The notes beneath the pieces are model-generated. The model made no database searches. It was given only the letters and a program-made list of their open reading frames with translations, and was not told where the DNA came from. Below are positions 44,825 to 58,496 of a DNA stretch of 64,000 bases, one piece after another. The DNA lies in contig OZ037765.1 in the NCBI GenBank assembly GCA_964035545.1, positions 22,815,504-22,879,503 on the forward strand. Reading direction: 5' to 3'. Position 1 is the first letter of the stretch, and each line of letters starts with the position of its first letter. This DNA is from Bugula neritina. Its lineage: Eukaryota > Animalia > Bryozoa. Position numbers and translations under genes: made by a program.

Positions 44825-45278
44825 GCTTTGCGTTGGGTAGGTGGAGTTTGTGTAGATTTGAAAGCACCGCCTACTTGAATGATAACGTTGAATCTTTCTC
44901 TCCAAATGATAACATACATTGATATTATTGAAACGACGCGACCTTGAACTGTTGGGCCTAATACTAACAGTAATAGTAACTGTTTGATACTCGAACGTTA
45001 TTATTTATTTATGGTTAGTTTGAGTAGAGTTGTTGGTTTTTCACTTTAAAATTTAACATTAACCTTAGGGCCCAGGCGCAAGAATTTCACTCTGAGAGTG
45101 AGTCTGACAAGTGACAACTATCATAAAGTTAAACATTCACTTGCACTACTTCAGTACTTGCAGTTGCAGTAATTTATTGAGTAAATGTAATTTTTTGCTC
45201 CGAATCTTTCCTTTTACTTTAACAATAACTTATTTTTTGGTTTAGTAATTTACAAAATAATTATAAATAATTGAGTAA

Positions 45279-48248
45279 ATGGCTGCTGACGATGTTATTT
45301 ATGGATTACTATTATTCTTATCCATTCCCTTTGGGTTGACTCTACGAACCATATCAACTTCTAAGTATCGAGAGATTCTATGCACCGCTTCTGGATTAGT
45401 TTTAGTAGTATTAGTTTGCAGACAGCATGCTATACATTCCTTGTTTTTGTCTACAACAAATACGATGCTTATATTGATATTTAGCAAAAACCGGTGAGTT
45501 GAGATTAAAGTTGAAAATTTGGAAATAAAAATTAAAAGTAATGAATTTCTAAATTCACTAATGATTAGTGATTTGGGTCTTAGGTAGTACAGTAATTTGG
45601 TATAATAGTTAGATATTATATAAACGTTAGCGTGCGTGCGTGTGTGTATATTGTTTATAACAATAAGTAAATAACTGTTTATGATTGATACTTAGGCTAT
45701 ACTGTAATGTTAAATTTTAAGATAAAGATGGGGTTATTTAGTCTTAATTTTACATTAGATTATAATAATAATTATAAATTATTATTGGCGTTACTATCAC
45801 ATTTAGTTTGATCAATAATACTAGTACTTTATTAAAGAAAATATAAATATATGAGTAAAAGTTTGACTGGCAGAGTCATATTGTTATTGTCATATCATTT
45901 GTACTCTACCTATCATCATTATCTTTTTACTCACTATATCATATGTGCCTAATGCTATTCCCACATCTTCTACTATATATTTGCATATATACAGTTTTAT
46001 CAATTGACTATTGTAGGTATTTGCATATATACAGTTCCATCTTTTGTAGGCATTTGCATGCATACAGTTTAATCTATTGTAGGTGTTTTCATATATATAC
46101 AGTTTCATCAATTATAGGTATTTGCATATATACAATTTCATCTATTGCAGGTATTTGCATATATACAGTTTCATCCTGTGTTTCTCCTACCTAGCCTTCT
46201 TCAGGACTTGTCATCTCTTTGGAATCTCAAAGCCCTCTTCACACAGCAATGCTGTTCAGCTTATTTTAACTCTGAAAGTAAGTCAAAAGTGCTAGTCAAA
46301 ATTTGTTACATTCACATAAGTTTAATACACCAACTCTATGTGTATTTCTTTCAAAGTTAGTAGGTGTTGCCACTGAAGTTGTGGAGACAAGAAAACTGAG
46401 AGACCAATCATCATGTGATCCAGAGAACAAAGCTGCTGCACTCAAATACAAATATACCCAGATTGACTACTCATGGCCGAGACTTCTCTCATACAGTTGG
46501 TGCTACATTGGAGCACTCACTGGTCAGTATATATAATTCTAGCTGTTTTTGTTTTGTGTGATATAATTGTGACTATTTTCCACTGTAGTCTAGGCTTTCT
46601 CTTTGACAGTATGCTAGTATTAGGGTATATTTTGAGTGATACAACTCACATTTACTGTTTTTGAATGTATTGTCATCAGAAGATGAGCTCATGATTTTTC
46701 AATCAAAATGTTGTAGTTTCGATTCCCAACTGCATAATACATGGAACATCTTATAAGCATCATTGGTGTAATATTATTAGTATGTTGCCAGGTTATTTTT
46801 AGAATTTATTTATATATTTTAGGACCATTTTACACGTGCAGAACATACCAAGATATGCTAGCAAACCAAGCAGATAATCTACCTTTATGGTCTGACTTGA
46901 AAGAGAGGTTAAAACCATTTCCTGTTTGTGCTGTTATTTTCCTTCTACTATCTTGGACAGTATCTGTTCAAGTAAGTAATGAGCCAACAATAAAATCTTA
47001 ATCTTATCACCAACATTGTTTTTGTAAGCTGAACTTTCATTCTACAAAGCTTTCTATGCTTACTAACTGTAATTTATTTGCTGAAAATAGTTTATCTTCT
47101 TTTGGGTTCAAAACTTCTCAATATTTTAAATTTTTGTAAGTACAATGCATTTATACTTTGTAGACGGCCAGGGAAGATGCTTTCTATGAAGAGACATCAG
47201 TGCTGTATCGCTGGTTCTATCTGTTTTTCTTATTCATTTGGTTCCGTGTTCGTTTCTACTGTGCATGGGTTCTAGCTGAGTGCATTGCAGTCACTGCGGG
47301 TCTTGGAGCTTATCCTGTCATATCAAAACCCAAGTCTGGAGGTGGTCCCACTGATCTCCAAGGTATGTTGTCTCAGTGAAAAATCATCTGTTTTACTGTT
47401 GAAACTTGGTTACTATGTTTAAGCATAGGTTCTGTAAAATTTATACTTGTTTTGTAAAGTTTAGCTTGCCATCTTGTTCAATGCATCTTGCTTTTCTAAT
47501 ATAATATTATATTGGTTGTCAATTATAAATATTTTAAAGTACTCCATATTCTCTTGTAGCAACTAATGCAATAATTCTTGCTCTACGCTAAAGCTTGGAA
47601 TTGGCAAGGTTCTCTGTGAACACTGAATGATGTTAAGCATTAAAATCAGTGGTCAGTTGTAGCATAATAGCCCATGTATGCTATCTTTTTTTAGCTCTGG
47701 AGGATATTAATGTGAGCTCCAAAGAAAACAAAACAGCTTACAACTTTGAAGCTATTCGAAATATCCTTCCTTATGATTGTGAAACCTCGACTTCCGTTCG
47801 CGAAACAATTCGGAAATGGAACATGTGTGTTCAATGGTGGCTAGTAGCTCATGTGTACAAAAATATACCTGTACAGAATAAGCTTGCTAGAGGTATGGTA
47901 CTGATGGCTATTAGTTCCTTCTGGCACGGAATTCATCCAGGATATTATGCTACACTTATGTCTGCTCCATTTCTTATTTTGGCTGAAGATTTAATGGAAA
48001 AATCTGTAAGATCACGGCTTTCCAATGCTAAATTGATACGTCTATATGACATCATATCCACCATCATAACAATGCGTTGCTTTGAGTACTATGCAGTGGG
48101 TGTATTTTTTCTACAGTATAATGAAATATGGAGATTTTGGTCATCACTGTATTTTTATGGACATTTTGCTACCATACTTTGCATTTTAGGGGCGCAAGTA
48201 TTATTAAAACTAATTCCAAAACCGAAGAGTGATGATCACAGAAAATAA
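45279..48248 (+). CDS. MBOAT7: Lysophospholipid acyltransferase 7 (LPIAT1), MBOAT family
   Basis: Exons 45279-45493, 46151-46277, 46357-46522, 46823-46971, 47164-47362, 47695-48248; motifs DDVIYGLLLFLSIP, SYLAFFR, HSNAVQLILTLK, YIGALTGPFY, PKSGGGPT, WNMCVQWWL, SSFWHGIHPGYY. Confidence 0.93.
45975..46175 (+). repeat. 33-bp tandem repeat spanning the MBOAT7 exon-2 splice acceptor
   Basis: Unit GTATTTGCATATATACAGTTTCATCTATTGYAG; AG junctions at 46016, 46049, 46082, 46117, 46150. Confidence 0.9.
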
Positions 48249-48568
48249 TTTTTTATAATCATTTTCATATTATTGTGAATAGCATCTTTACCTAATATTT
48301 ATAGTTTGATAATCTGATTATAACTACTCCGACTTTTCTGCTTTAATTTATGCCCAAAATTAATCAATTTTAATTTTTTTCTGATCTCTTCAAAGTGTTT
48401 TGTTTTTATTATCTACAAAATATTATGAATTATATTTTTTATTCAAAATCACAGATAATGATAAAATATATTATAAATGAACAACTATTATTTGAATTTA
48501 TGTACAAGATTATAAATACTACCAAAAAAGAAATAAATTTGTTTAAATGTATTTGTAGATTAGTAACA

Positions 48569-51500
48569 TCATTTCTTCAAGTATATTTCTACTATGTTGT
48601 GTAAAAGTTCATTTTGTTCTTGGCCCAACTTAGGCATAATCTCTGTCTGTAGTGCATGCAGCTCATCAATCTCATTAGACTGACAGGACATCTACAAAGG
48701 CAAGCTACATGTTGATTAAATGAAGCAAACAAACTACTGTCTTCTTCACCAAGTCGGTCAATAGGTAGTATACATAACGTTGGTGTAGGTGAGCTGTAAT
48801 TCAGCAAGCTATAAATTACACAAAGTACACATGTAAAGACTTGTGAGCTAAACAATATCTGATTGTGTGCATAATTATCTCATTACAACCAAGGCTCTAG
48901 GAGAATTTTATAATATAAGTTCAACAGGGTGGGCTCTAGGAGAATTTTATAATATAAGTTCAACAGGGTGAATCTAAATTTTGCAACATATGAATTTTCT
49001 TCTTAATTAGCACGTGATTAGTGAGAATGAACAAAACAGCACTTACCACTAGACTTTGCAGCAAAAGAAATAGGTCAAAACCCATCAAATCTAAAATATA
49101 GTTTTGATCTTCTGAGTTGTTATGCCATGCATATTTTTCTAGAGTTTGGGCATGCTCAGGGCGAATTCGTTGAGGAGTCGGCTAAAACAATGAGATTGAT
49201 AAACTGTTGAATCCATAGAGCATAATAATACGTAGATTAGACAAAATGCAACATTTCATAACTTTTAGAAGAGTGTATGCAAAATCTATGAGAAGCAGTT
49301 TTAATAATTAAAATGAAAAAATGAGTTGCAAGTAAAGGCTAGAACTTTAAATTGTTCGATGTATGCCAGGAAGTAGTTTTGCACAGATTATATATCATGA
49401 ACAATTAGTTTTAAAAGATCAAATTTTTTAGAATGTTTCAAAAAATTCAGCTTTATAAAAATATAGTGTAAAATAGTTGGGTATGATGCTAAATTTAAAA
49501 AAAGAGTTAGCCTCAAACTAAAGCCATCACCTTGAACCTTTATCAAACACATACTTGCAAGATCATGAGTAACAGCACTCTTGTAACTTCACAATGTATC
49601 AATATGTCTGTGTAGATTCCTAAAGGCTTTTCTGAATCAGCTACTCCTATAAATAACATTAACTTGCAGATCAAAATATTAAAGCTGTGGTGCTAGTGTG
49701 GTACTGCAAAAAATACAAATTCTGATGGAGTTGTCTTCTTACAAAAAATACTAGATAAAGAAGAAGGTAACTCCAACTAATTTTTATCTGACAAGCTGGT
49801 TGATACACAGCAATATTAGTGGAGACATCTACTTCATGTGACGAAAATTCAGAGTCAAAAATATGTTTTGTTTCAAGTTTCAGCCAAAAACATTTGTTTT
49901 GTGAGATAAGAAACCATGTTAATGTATGCAAATCTATGAAAACTTACAGAATTGATGAAATGAAATTTAGAATGGTAAAACTGATTATAAATAATAAAAA
50001 TGAGATGAATTTACAAACCTCCTCGCTCTTGAGCCATAAACTGCATCTCTGTTAATACAGTCAATGCCCCTTCATAGTCTTTTTCATTAATTTTACAACT
50101 TGCCACCTTTTTCATGTTTTGGAGACACTCAATTGGGTTCTGAAATTCATACAGCCAACAAGACTAACAAAACAGTATAGCAGAGATGAGTGTAAACAGC
50201 ATAAAATATTGACAGTAGATTGAGTCCCTCTTCTGCTACAACACTATATATCCTAATACATTCTTGCAAAAAGTTAAGGTTTTGTAAAGAACATGTTATG
50301 TTATCACATAAATTCATACTTGTAACAGGAACTCGGCTGCTCTCTGATAATAAATACTGGCTTCACCGGGCTTCTTGAAATCCTGAAATAAGTAACAGAA
50401 ATAAAGAAGGCATGTAATAGTAAAATAAAGTTCTTAAAGTTTATGTGATTAAATGTATTGCTGTTCAAAAAGTCGTCATTTACAAGTTCTATATAGAAGA
50501 GAGCCGTTTTACACTTCAACACCTCAGCAATGTAAAAATTTGTTTTCATACCAATACTGTATAGAACAGCGACCTATGTCAAATTCAACTTTAGGTACAC
50601 AACATTATCAAGTACCATTTTTTATAATTCACGATATTTCTCTTTTTTAACCAAATATCTGTGTTAGTGAATTCACGACAAGTGTTAATGAAACCCAGTA
50701 GTCATAGTCTTCTGACTATATAAAATATGTTACAACTATTACTAAACATTATTGCTACGAGCTTGATTAATTTCAGTCAGCCTATACTGTTATGAGTAAG
50801 TCCTTCTTGAAAGATAGAGTGAGCTATTTTTTATTAGCTTACCCTAGTCAATGACAATAGCTTAAATTTTAGTTTTTTTAGGGCTATTTTAACATACCAG
50901 TAATACAGCTGCCAGTTCTTGGCAATTGAGGGCCGCAAGTGAAGGTTCCCCTGAATCAACAGAAACCTGTGCAAAGAGCGACAGAATATCATTTTAGATG
51001 TGACAAAACAAAAATTTAGACTCTGATCCAATTAAATTTAAAAGCTACTTATAATAATATTTAGATATCCATTAATGGCTAACAGTGTTGCAAAATATTT
51101 CCCAATTTTTTTGCACAACTCAAATAACTTTAGCTTGAGATTGAGATTTCTTTATCACCATTAAACGTTTACTCATTAAAAGTTAGAAATTACTAATCAT
51201 GAACCATGTCACAATAACACCAGAATTTACCCACAGGTTTGCTTCTAAAAAAATGTTCAATCAAAGCAACTAATAGTGACTATAACATTGCATACTTTGA
51301 TAGCATGCTCATAGCAGTTGATGGCAGCAGACAGATTTTCCTGATAAGATGGACACAGCAAATCTGAGGTCTGTTTTTCAGCCAAGACAAAATATCTACC
51401 AGCATCCACCAAGCATTGTATCTCACTGGGATAATTCCCTAAGCCATGTTCACACCTGCAGAAAACAGAAAACTACAGTTCAGAAAATCACCAGAACCTT

Positions 51501-52316
51501 GAAGTTGGGTCATATTTATCCAAGCGACATACTAATGTGTTTTGAAAAAAAGCAGCCGAGATCTCAGAGTATGGCTATCTGACTACAAGGTAAACATGAT
51601 GCTACAAAAACCATTACCATCAACACTTTCGAGAGTTTGTATTATGAATCAATGTCAGTGCTACTCTATTTTAGAGAATACACAACTATATAAAAAATAG
51701 TAGTTCTCAAAATTATATGATACATTATAAATATACCTAGCTTGAGCAAGTGAGCAAAACCCAGCATATGATGAACAATCCTGTTGAATTAAATTCTTTG
51801 CAAGTGAAGCAAATTGATCTCGACCTTCTGCAACATTAGGCTTTTTTAAAAACCGTCTAGAATAACAAAAACAGCATGATTTTCACCACATGAAAAATTA
51901 AATACAAACATTTTACAACAGGTTTAACGCTTCATGTCATGGACTTGATAGGAGATGACATGAAGCGCTGGGGCCTTAAACCAGAGGATGCAGAAGACCA
52001 GGAAAGATGGCAGACGCTGATAAAGATTGGAAGCCTGCAGACCGGTCACCCGTACAGGACTACAACCGTATAGGTGTGAAAGGTGTGAAATTTTATAACA
52101 GAGTTGTCTCAATAGCAATATTAACAATAGCTGGTGTTGCATAGCAGATAGTTGGTGCACAGTACAGCAGCTATTTACAAGGGTTTGCAGCTGTACTGAT
52201 TCAATGAGACATCTATAAAATCAATGATATTTTATAAACTGCAGAACAAAAACTTACTTTCTTATTCCAGCTGCTGTGCTTTTGTATAAAGCTATGTAGT
52301 CAGTATTTCGGTCCAT
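48569..52316 (-). CDS. F8A1: 40-kDa huntingtin-associated protein (HAP40 / factor VIII intron 22 protein), ~313 aa, nine coding exons
   Basis: Exons 52316-52258, 51856-51737, 51455-51296, 50966-50898, 50382-50320, 50139-50019, 49646-49555, 49181-49047, 48691-48569 join in frame: [83 protein letters not shown], matching HAP40 as recalled. Confidence 0.92.
48893..48970 (+). repeat. 39-bp tandem duplication in last HAP40 intron
   Basis: GGCTCTAGGAGAATTTTATAATATAAGTTCAACAGGGTG twice. Confidence 0.85.
51922..52089 (+). mobile_element. 5'-truncated RTE-type LINE 3' end
   Basis: MDLIGDDMK..GL.PEDAEDQERW..LI resembles the RTE ORF C-terminus, tail AGGTGTGAA x2, flanked by ATTTTACAACAG / ATTTTATAACAG (11/12) duplication. 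Confidence 0.7.
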
Positions 52317-53804
52317 TTGCAGATGTATCACAATATTCCTGTAGACTTTTTGTCAATTTTAAAGCATATACCTACAGCCTACATTAAATTCAAATTTATT
52401 ACTTTTTAAAATGATAACCAGAATCATTTTATCATAACTATAATTAGCTATTTTTAGTTAATCAAATAAACAGTTTTATAGTAAATAGTAATTATTCTTA
52501 TTATTATTATTATTATTATATAAACCTAAGGCTGAGCAATTTGAACTACCCTAGAAAAAAATTAACAAACAAGGCTAAAGGAGGGTATCAATTCCAGTTA
52601 CTCAACTCATATTTTATAATTAATGTAATTAAACATTATAATGATACAAAAAGTAATACTACTCAAAAACTAGTCGAGCTTAGCCCAGATTGTCTAGGCC
52701 CTAGGGCACGTGGGCAATTGAACTCAAGTTGAGCTAAACAGATTACCTTTAAAAAAAATTACCATAAGTATAAAACTAAGTTACTATGAGTGTATTAATT
52801 AATAATAATAATCCTGTTATAAATATAAATATTTATTTATAAGTTAAAGCACCATGTCTATAGTTTAAGTTATTGTTGCTGTGCTGTGTCAGTATAGTAC
52901 TATTCTATTAGTATTACTATTAGTATTAGTAATACTATTAGTCGTAGATTTGTGATAATATCTTAATTGATAATTAATTCCAACAGTAATAGTAACACTA
53001 ACTGAAATTGAAAGGAAATTGTTGATAGTCATATTATTGTCCATATTTATATTGATTATTGATATACTTATAGTGATATTGAATATCATATAATCAAACT
53101 GCTACACTTGGTCTTTTGACTTGACTAAGTCTAATACCCAAGAATAAGTACTAGTACTCGTAGTACTAGCTACTATACATAATTATAATAAAAATATTAA
53201 TTTAAATTTAACATTAATAATAATTAATTAATAATAATTTAAATAATTAATATTATAATTTATTAATAATATTAAATAATAAATTTAATCAATTAAATTA
53301 AATCATTAATTTAATGACCATAGCAATTATATTCAATGATGCAATCAGAAACACTATTATGATTACAATTAGGTTTTACATAATAATAATCCTAGGCATA
53401 TTATACTTTATAGTGAACGTGATAGTGATATGATAGTCATACTCATAGTCACAGTGATAATTTGTAATTGTGTACATCAATTTACTCAAACCGGATGCGC
53501 ATCTGCTGTCGCCTGACAGAGCTATTTTACTAAAAACTAGTTTGGTGGGATAACTCTATTATTAAGGTACATTCCAACATCATGAAAAAGCGTTATTGGA
53601 TCGTATCGCAGGTGTAATTATATAAATAAGACTTGGTTATAGCTTTCACGATCATAACAATATTGTTAGCTTGTAGATTGGTAAAGTACGATTAACTGAG
53701 CATGCAAAGCCAATATAATTTTTTTCATTTTATATACTTATAGCTATAACTATTACTATAGCTATTGGCATGTTGATGTTTTAGCTTATGTTAAGTAGTA
53801 GATA

Positions 53805-53975
53805 ATACTTATACTACTAGTACTATTACTGTATTAGTACTAGTCTACTGCTACTACTACTAGTACTAGTACTACAGCTACTACTAGTACTACTACTAGT
53901 ACTACTACTAGTACTGGTACTAGTACTACTACTAGTAGTACTGAGTAGTAGTAGTATTACTATTACTATTAGTAT
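53805..53975. repeat. (TAC/TAG)n low-complexity trinucleotide tract
   Basis: ACTACTAGTACTACT... runs in the first intron region of the + strand gene. Confidence 0.85.
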
Positions 53976-54780
53976 TTTTACAAGCTCAAGGAGATTTACA
54001 CATATACTAAACTTGTGATTTAATTTTTTCAGTTTTGAATTTTGCATACCTGGTCCTCCTCACCTTGTGTATGTTAACGTTATAGCAATGCCTTGATCTA
54101 TGGCATTGACTGTAGTTTTAAAGATAGACTACGAGTATAAGTATAACGTTACTAAACTATTAGTGTTACTATAAGTATAACTATAACTCAATAAGTAGAA
54201 CTGTTAGTATTACTCACTAGTTGCTGCAGTTATTATTATAAGTATAACTACACTTACAGTCTATAAGTTTATATTAATAAGGGTTAATACTTAATACTAC
54301 CAGCAACAGTTATATTTATACTTATAGTTATATAGTAATACTAATTAAATTGCTGTAATTAAGTAGGTATACCTATAACTAGTCAACAATAATTTAAATC
54401 TTAGTGCTACTGCTAGTACTAGTAGTAGTAGTTGCTGTTAGTATTAGCAGCTGTACGTACAAAAAATGCTCAATATGAATCTGATTATTATAATCTAACA
54501 CTATTACTGGTCATGACTCGGTCTATGTCAGTATCCATCTTCTTTGCAAGATCTGGAGCCATACTGGAAGTCAACTTCATTAAATTATTGGCTTGAACAT
54601 TTTAATTAGACTACTTGATGCAAGGTTTTAAGTTAAAGAAACAAAATTATCTAACTAAATGTACTTGGTCATTTAGTAATTCATTTTGCAACTCCCTGTA
54701 GTGTGCTGCTACGAAATAGCTATTTTTGTTATATATTGTACAGTTATTCACTTTATTTTAGAAAAACATTAATCCAACCA

Positions 54781-57271
54781 ATGGCAAGTATAATCTCACC
54801 TGTCCTAAAGACTTCCATCACTAAATCAGATGTTAGCACTTCATCCAAGCTGAGATTTTATGTGAAGCGAGAATTAAACGTAGAGAAAAATAGTGATTTG
54901 GTATGCATAGTAGAACTTGATATTCATTACTGGAAATGTTAAGTCAAATTATCTTTTAGTGTATTTGTGTTCCAGTACTTGTTTTTTAAAAGCTTGTAAA
55001 TTATTTATATGCTATAGTAAGAAATTGACCCCTACTAACTTGAATAAAAATGTGCATGTTTTATGTGAGGTTGAAATTTTATTTGATCACTGTATTGTTG
55101 TTTTCATATTTTCAATTTACAGACCATTTTAAATAATTGCATGTTATAAATACATAAATTTGAATTGATAATTAGTTTTATTCGTCAATTAAATGTTTTA
55201 GGCCAGGACATGTTTGCATCATAAATTCCAATCTCTGTGTGATCGAGAATTGGAATATCAAGAGCTTACTTCTGACATATCAATAAGCTGTTTTTGTAGA
55301 ACTGGTGTCATAGGCACATCAGGTGAGTTAATTCCTTCATCTTTTTAGAACCAGGTAGCAGGTTAACCAATCAATACATGTTTATATTGGTTTAACTCTG
55401 AAAATAACAAATGTATTTTTAGAACCTAATTTTTATTTTGGTATGAGCGTTTTGTTTTTTAAAATGCTCATTCTATATTTATATACATAATGTATAAGTA
55501 TTTTTATATGTGCAAGCTTTTATAAAATGATCAGATTTTACATATGATGATTCAATGTGAATTTTTTTAAATAATCAGAATATTTTTATAGTAATTTTAG
55601 AGACAGACAGTGATGCTGATACTGCTCGAGTACATTTGCAGAGGTTAACTTTTTCTCCTATGGCTGCCAAAAGTGCTGCGAAATATATTATCACTCTGCA
55701 TAGGAAGGCATGCGTTTGTCGTCCAGCAAATGCAAAGATTTGTGAAAAGTTCAGGTAGGTGATGTCAGTTGCTTGTGGTGTATTGTCATTATAAACAACT
55801 CATCAACCCAATTTTTGCATAGCTTGTAGTTGTTGGGACACGTAAGTAACACTTCGTTGAGAACTGAAATCTAACTAAGGAAGTTATCTTATTTTAGGTT
55901 ACTATTTTTTACTAGTTTATGAATTAAACATATACCATTTACCTGTGAGTTAAACGGCACATATTTAATAATATTTTTATTTGAATAATTATTGGTATAC
56001 AATTTTTCTTATTTTGCTATAGTTTAATGGTCTTAATACTCTAGAATTTTTTCATGAAATTTATATTTCATTTAAAATACTCATATATTTTGCTATATTT
56101 AGCAATACTCGAAACAAAGAGACCATTGTAAAATGGGTGTTTGACGAATCTTTGAGGAGGGTTCAGAGTTTCATTTCTCCAGCCACAAAGAGGTTCTCGG
56201 ATGAAGATATAATACAAAAGATAGGCTATCTGAGACAACGTTTCCTCTCTCTAGAAGCTTGTGTGGTGCATTCCAACTACAATGCGGATAATATTGTTGT
56301 CAAAACTCTCACTGGAAATTTCTGTAAAGTGGTGGTATGAATGTTTATATTTTTACTATGAGTTTGATTTTTACCTAGAAAGTTGATGTTTGGCATATAT
56401 ATAAAAATAATGTTAGGATATGTTTCTGAAATATTCTTTGTTTGGTCACAAACATAACTTTTAATTTTAAGTGGAAAGCTTTGAAACTGAAAACTAATAT
56501 AATTATTTTGCATTTTAAAAATTTTTTTGTAGACCATGTTAGTGTAGTCAACTTATTAATTCAGCTTTTTGTTTAATTTTAAAGAAAAACTGTTACACCA
56601 TTTGCCATCACCATTGAGATTCACATTTACTAACTATCTGCTTTAGTCATTCGGTGGAGAGCTGAGTCATACAGGTCATCCGGCGTACGACGTGGCTACG
56701 TTTCTTGCTGACTTGTACATGTGGTATCACATACATGACAGCAGCTGTGAAATGGCAGCACAGGATTTCTGTATTACACTAAAGGCCTGTATTAGTGAAT
56801 ATTTAAACACCTACTTTGATGAGTTTGATCTGAGTGTGAGAGATGACAAGATAGTTGGTGATATGATGTTTCTAGTAGCCGGCTATGCTGGCATCTGTAT
56901 GATCTTCAGGTGAATATTTTAATATTCCACACTTCAATCTATTATGTTTTGTTTAATGAGCGTAGAACCTATATTCATTCTATTTTCCATTGTAATATTT
57001 TAGAATACTACAATACTCACTTACTCTTGCTATAGTTAGCACTGGGCAATATGCTACTTAGGTAAGCAATTGTTTTCTTCTGTTAAATCTTTCACGTTGT
57101 CTATGAACTGTTTGACACAGGCTTATGGGTAATGACTGGAATGAAAGAATTGCAATTGAGAGCTGCGTTGTGAAGACCAACATCTTGGAATGCGCATACG
57201 AGCTGATCAAAGGATATGGAATTATCAACTCTGTAGACGATCTCCTTTCTGTTGGTCTCGGAATAAAATGA
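54781..57271 (+). CDS. Methylthioribose kinase (MtnK)/APH-family kinase-like protein, predicted pseudokinase, ~346 aa
   Basis: Exons 54781-54900, 55202-55322, 55601-55754, 56103-56334, 56647-56909, 57121-57271 in frame; CVVHSNYNADNIVV, SFGGELSHTGHPAYDVATFLADL and VAGYAGICMIFRLMG align by eye with MtnK HGDLH..SI, IDPEFA..GP..FD.G and GFAG..MIRR.VG. True start codon uncertain. Confidence 0.6.
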
Positions 57272-58343
57272 TTTTAATGCATGTACAATATTTTTAAAGT
57301 TACATTATTTCTTCTTATCAAACTAACGCAGGCTCCTAATCAACGAAAAAACTGCCAAACTAGTTTACTTTGTAGTTATCTCAAAGAGTTGTATGAGTTT
57401 TTCTGTAATTTTGTGACTTTGTGTCATCGTTGTTGAATTATATATTTTGTGTTAGAGATCGGTCTCGTTCCTTATTGCGGTCAAAAATCACTCTTAAATC
57501 AGCAATGTGTTGCTTTCATTTTATTTATGATAAAAATTGATGACATCATTTTATTAATTTGTGTTTGAAATTTATTCATGCACAACTGCTATTAGGCTCT
57601 CAAAATTTTTCTCAAATCTAAACTTTATTTATATTTTAAAGAAAATAATTACTATATATAGAAATCCTATTTTGTGATAGGCTGGTGTGTTCTTGTATGT
57701 TTTACTTGGTTATGTATAATTTAGATGTTTAATTGTACATGTATTTCTAGTAATTTGAAAATTTTGTTGTAGCTTCATTAATATAACTTCTAGATGTGTA
57801 TGTCCCATATATATAATGTAGATTAGGCTTGACCTGCAGATTATAAGGCCATTTATTCATTTAGGTACATTACACTTGAGTTTTAGAGTCACAATTCAGA
57901 ATCCATTTTATGATACTACTGTAATTTTTTTCAGTTCTGTAGTATAAATGTATAATATTGTTGTGTCATTTGTGTATATAATATGGTGTAATATTTTACA
58001 CTCTTGTATATTATCATAAAACTATAATTTACAGACAATCTATCCTGAACCAAAAATTTGTATTTCAATTCATTATGTGCATGGACTCTTTTCTTGTTGG
58101 TGTAAAACGGTTATTTTGTAAAGTATAAAATTTTGATTAAACCATTTTCTTCTTTTATTTCAATCATTGTTTATTAAAAATAAAAGTGTACACAAATCTT
58201 TAAACATAGATACTATTAATTCTATTGGTGGTAGAATAGTAATAATTTGACATTGGTTGAAGTTTTCTAGCATACAACATGTAAACATAACTCTAACTTC
58301 TAGAGTTTAAGATCCTCTGCCACCTTGTCTCACTTCAAGATTT

Positions 58344-58496
58344 AAATTGTTTTATAAGCAGCTTTGAGTTGAGAGTGAATAAGTGCAGTAGTTTGGGGTT
58401 CTCTAGTTTAAAGTTGGGGGTCCTCATTCCAAACTTGAAAACCCCGAACTAATGCACTCATTCACCCCCAACTCAAAGCTGCCTGTAAAACAATTT
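58344..58496. mobile_element. Palindromic MITE-like repeat, copy 2
   Basis: AAATTGTTTTATAAGCAGC...GCTGCCTGTAAAACAATTT; same family as 44660-44824. Confidence 0.75.

Noticed and set aside
49671-50055. ORFs of 86 and 78 aa inside the HAP40 locus
   Set aside because: Fall in an intron; flanking HAP40 exons join in frame without them.
53826-54047. Signal-peptide-like, Ser/Thr-rich 73-aa ORF
   Set aside because: Product of the (TAC/TAG)n tract; no supporting gene structure.
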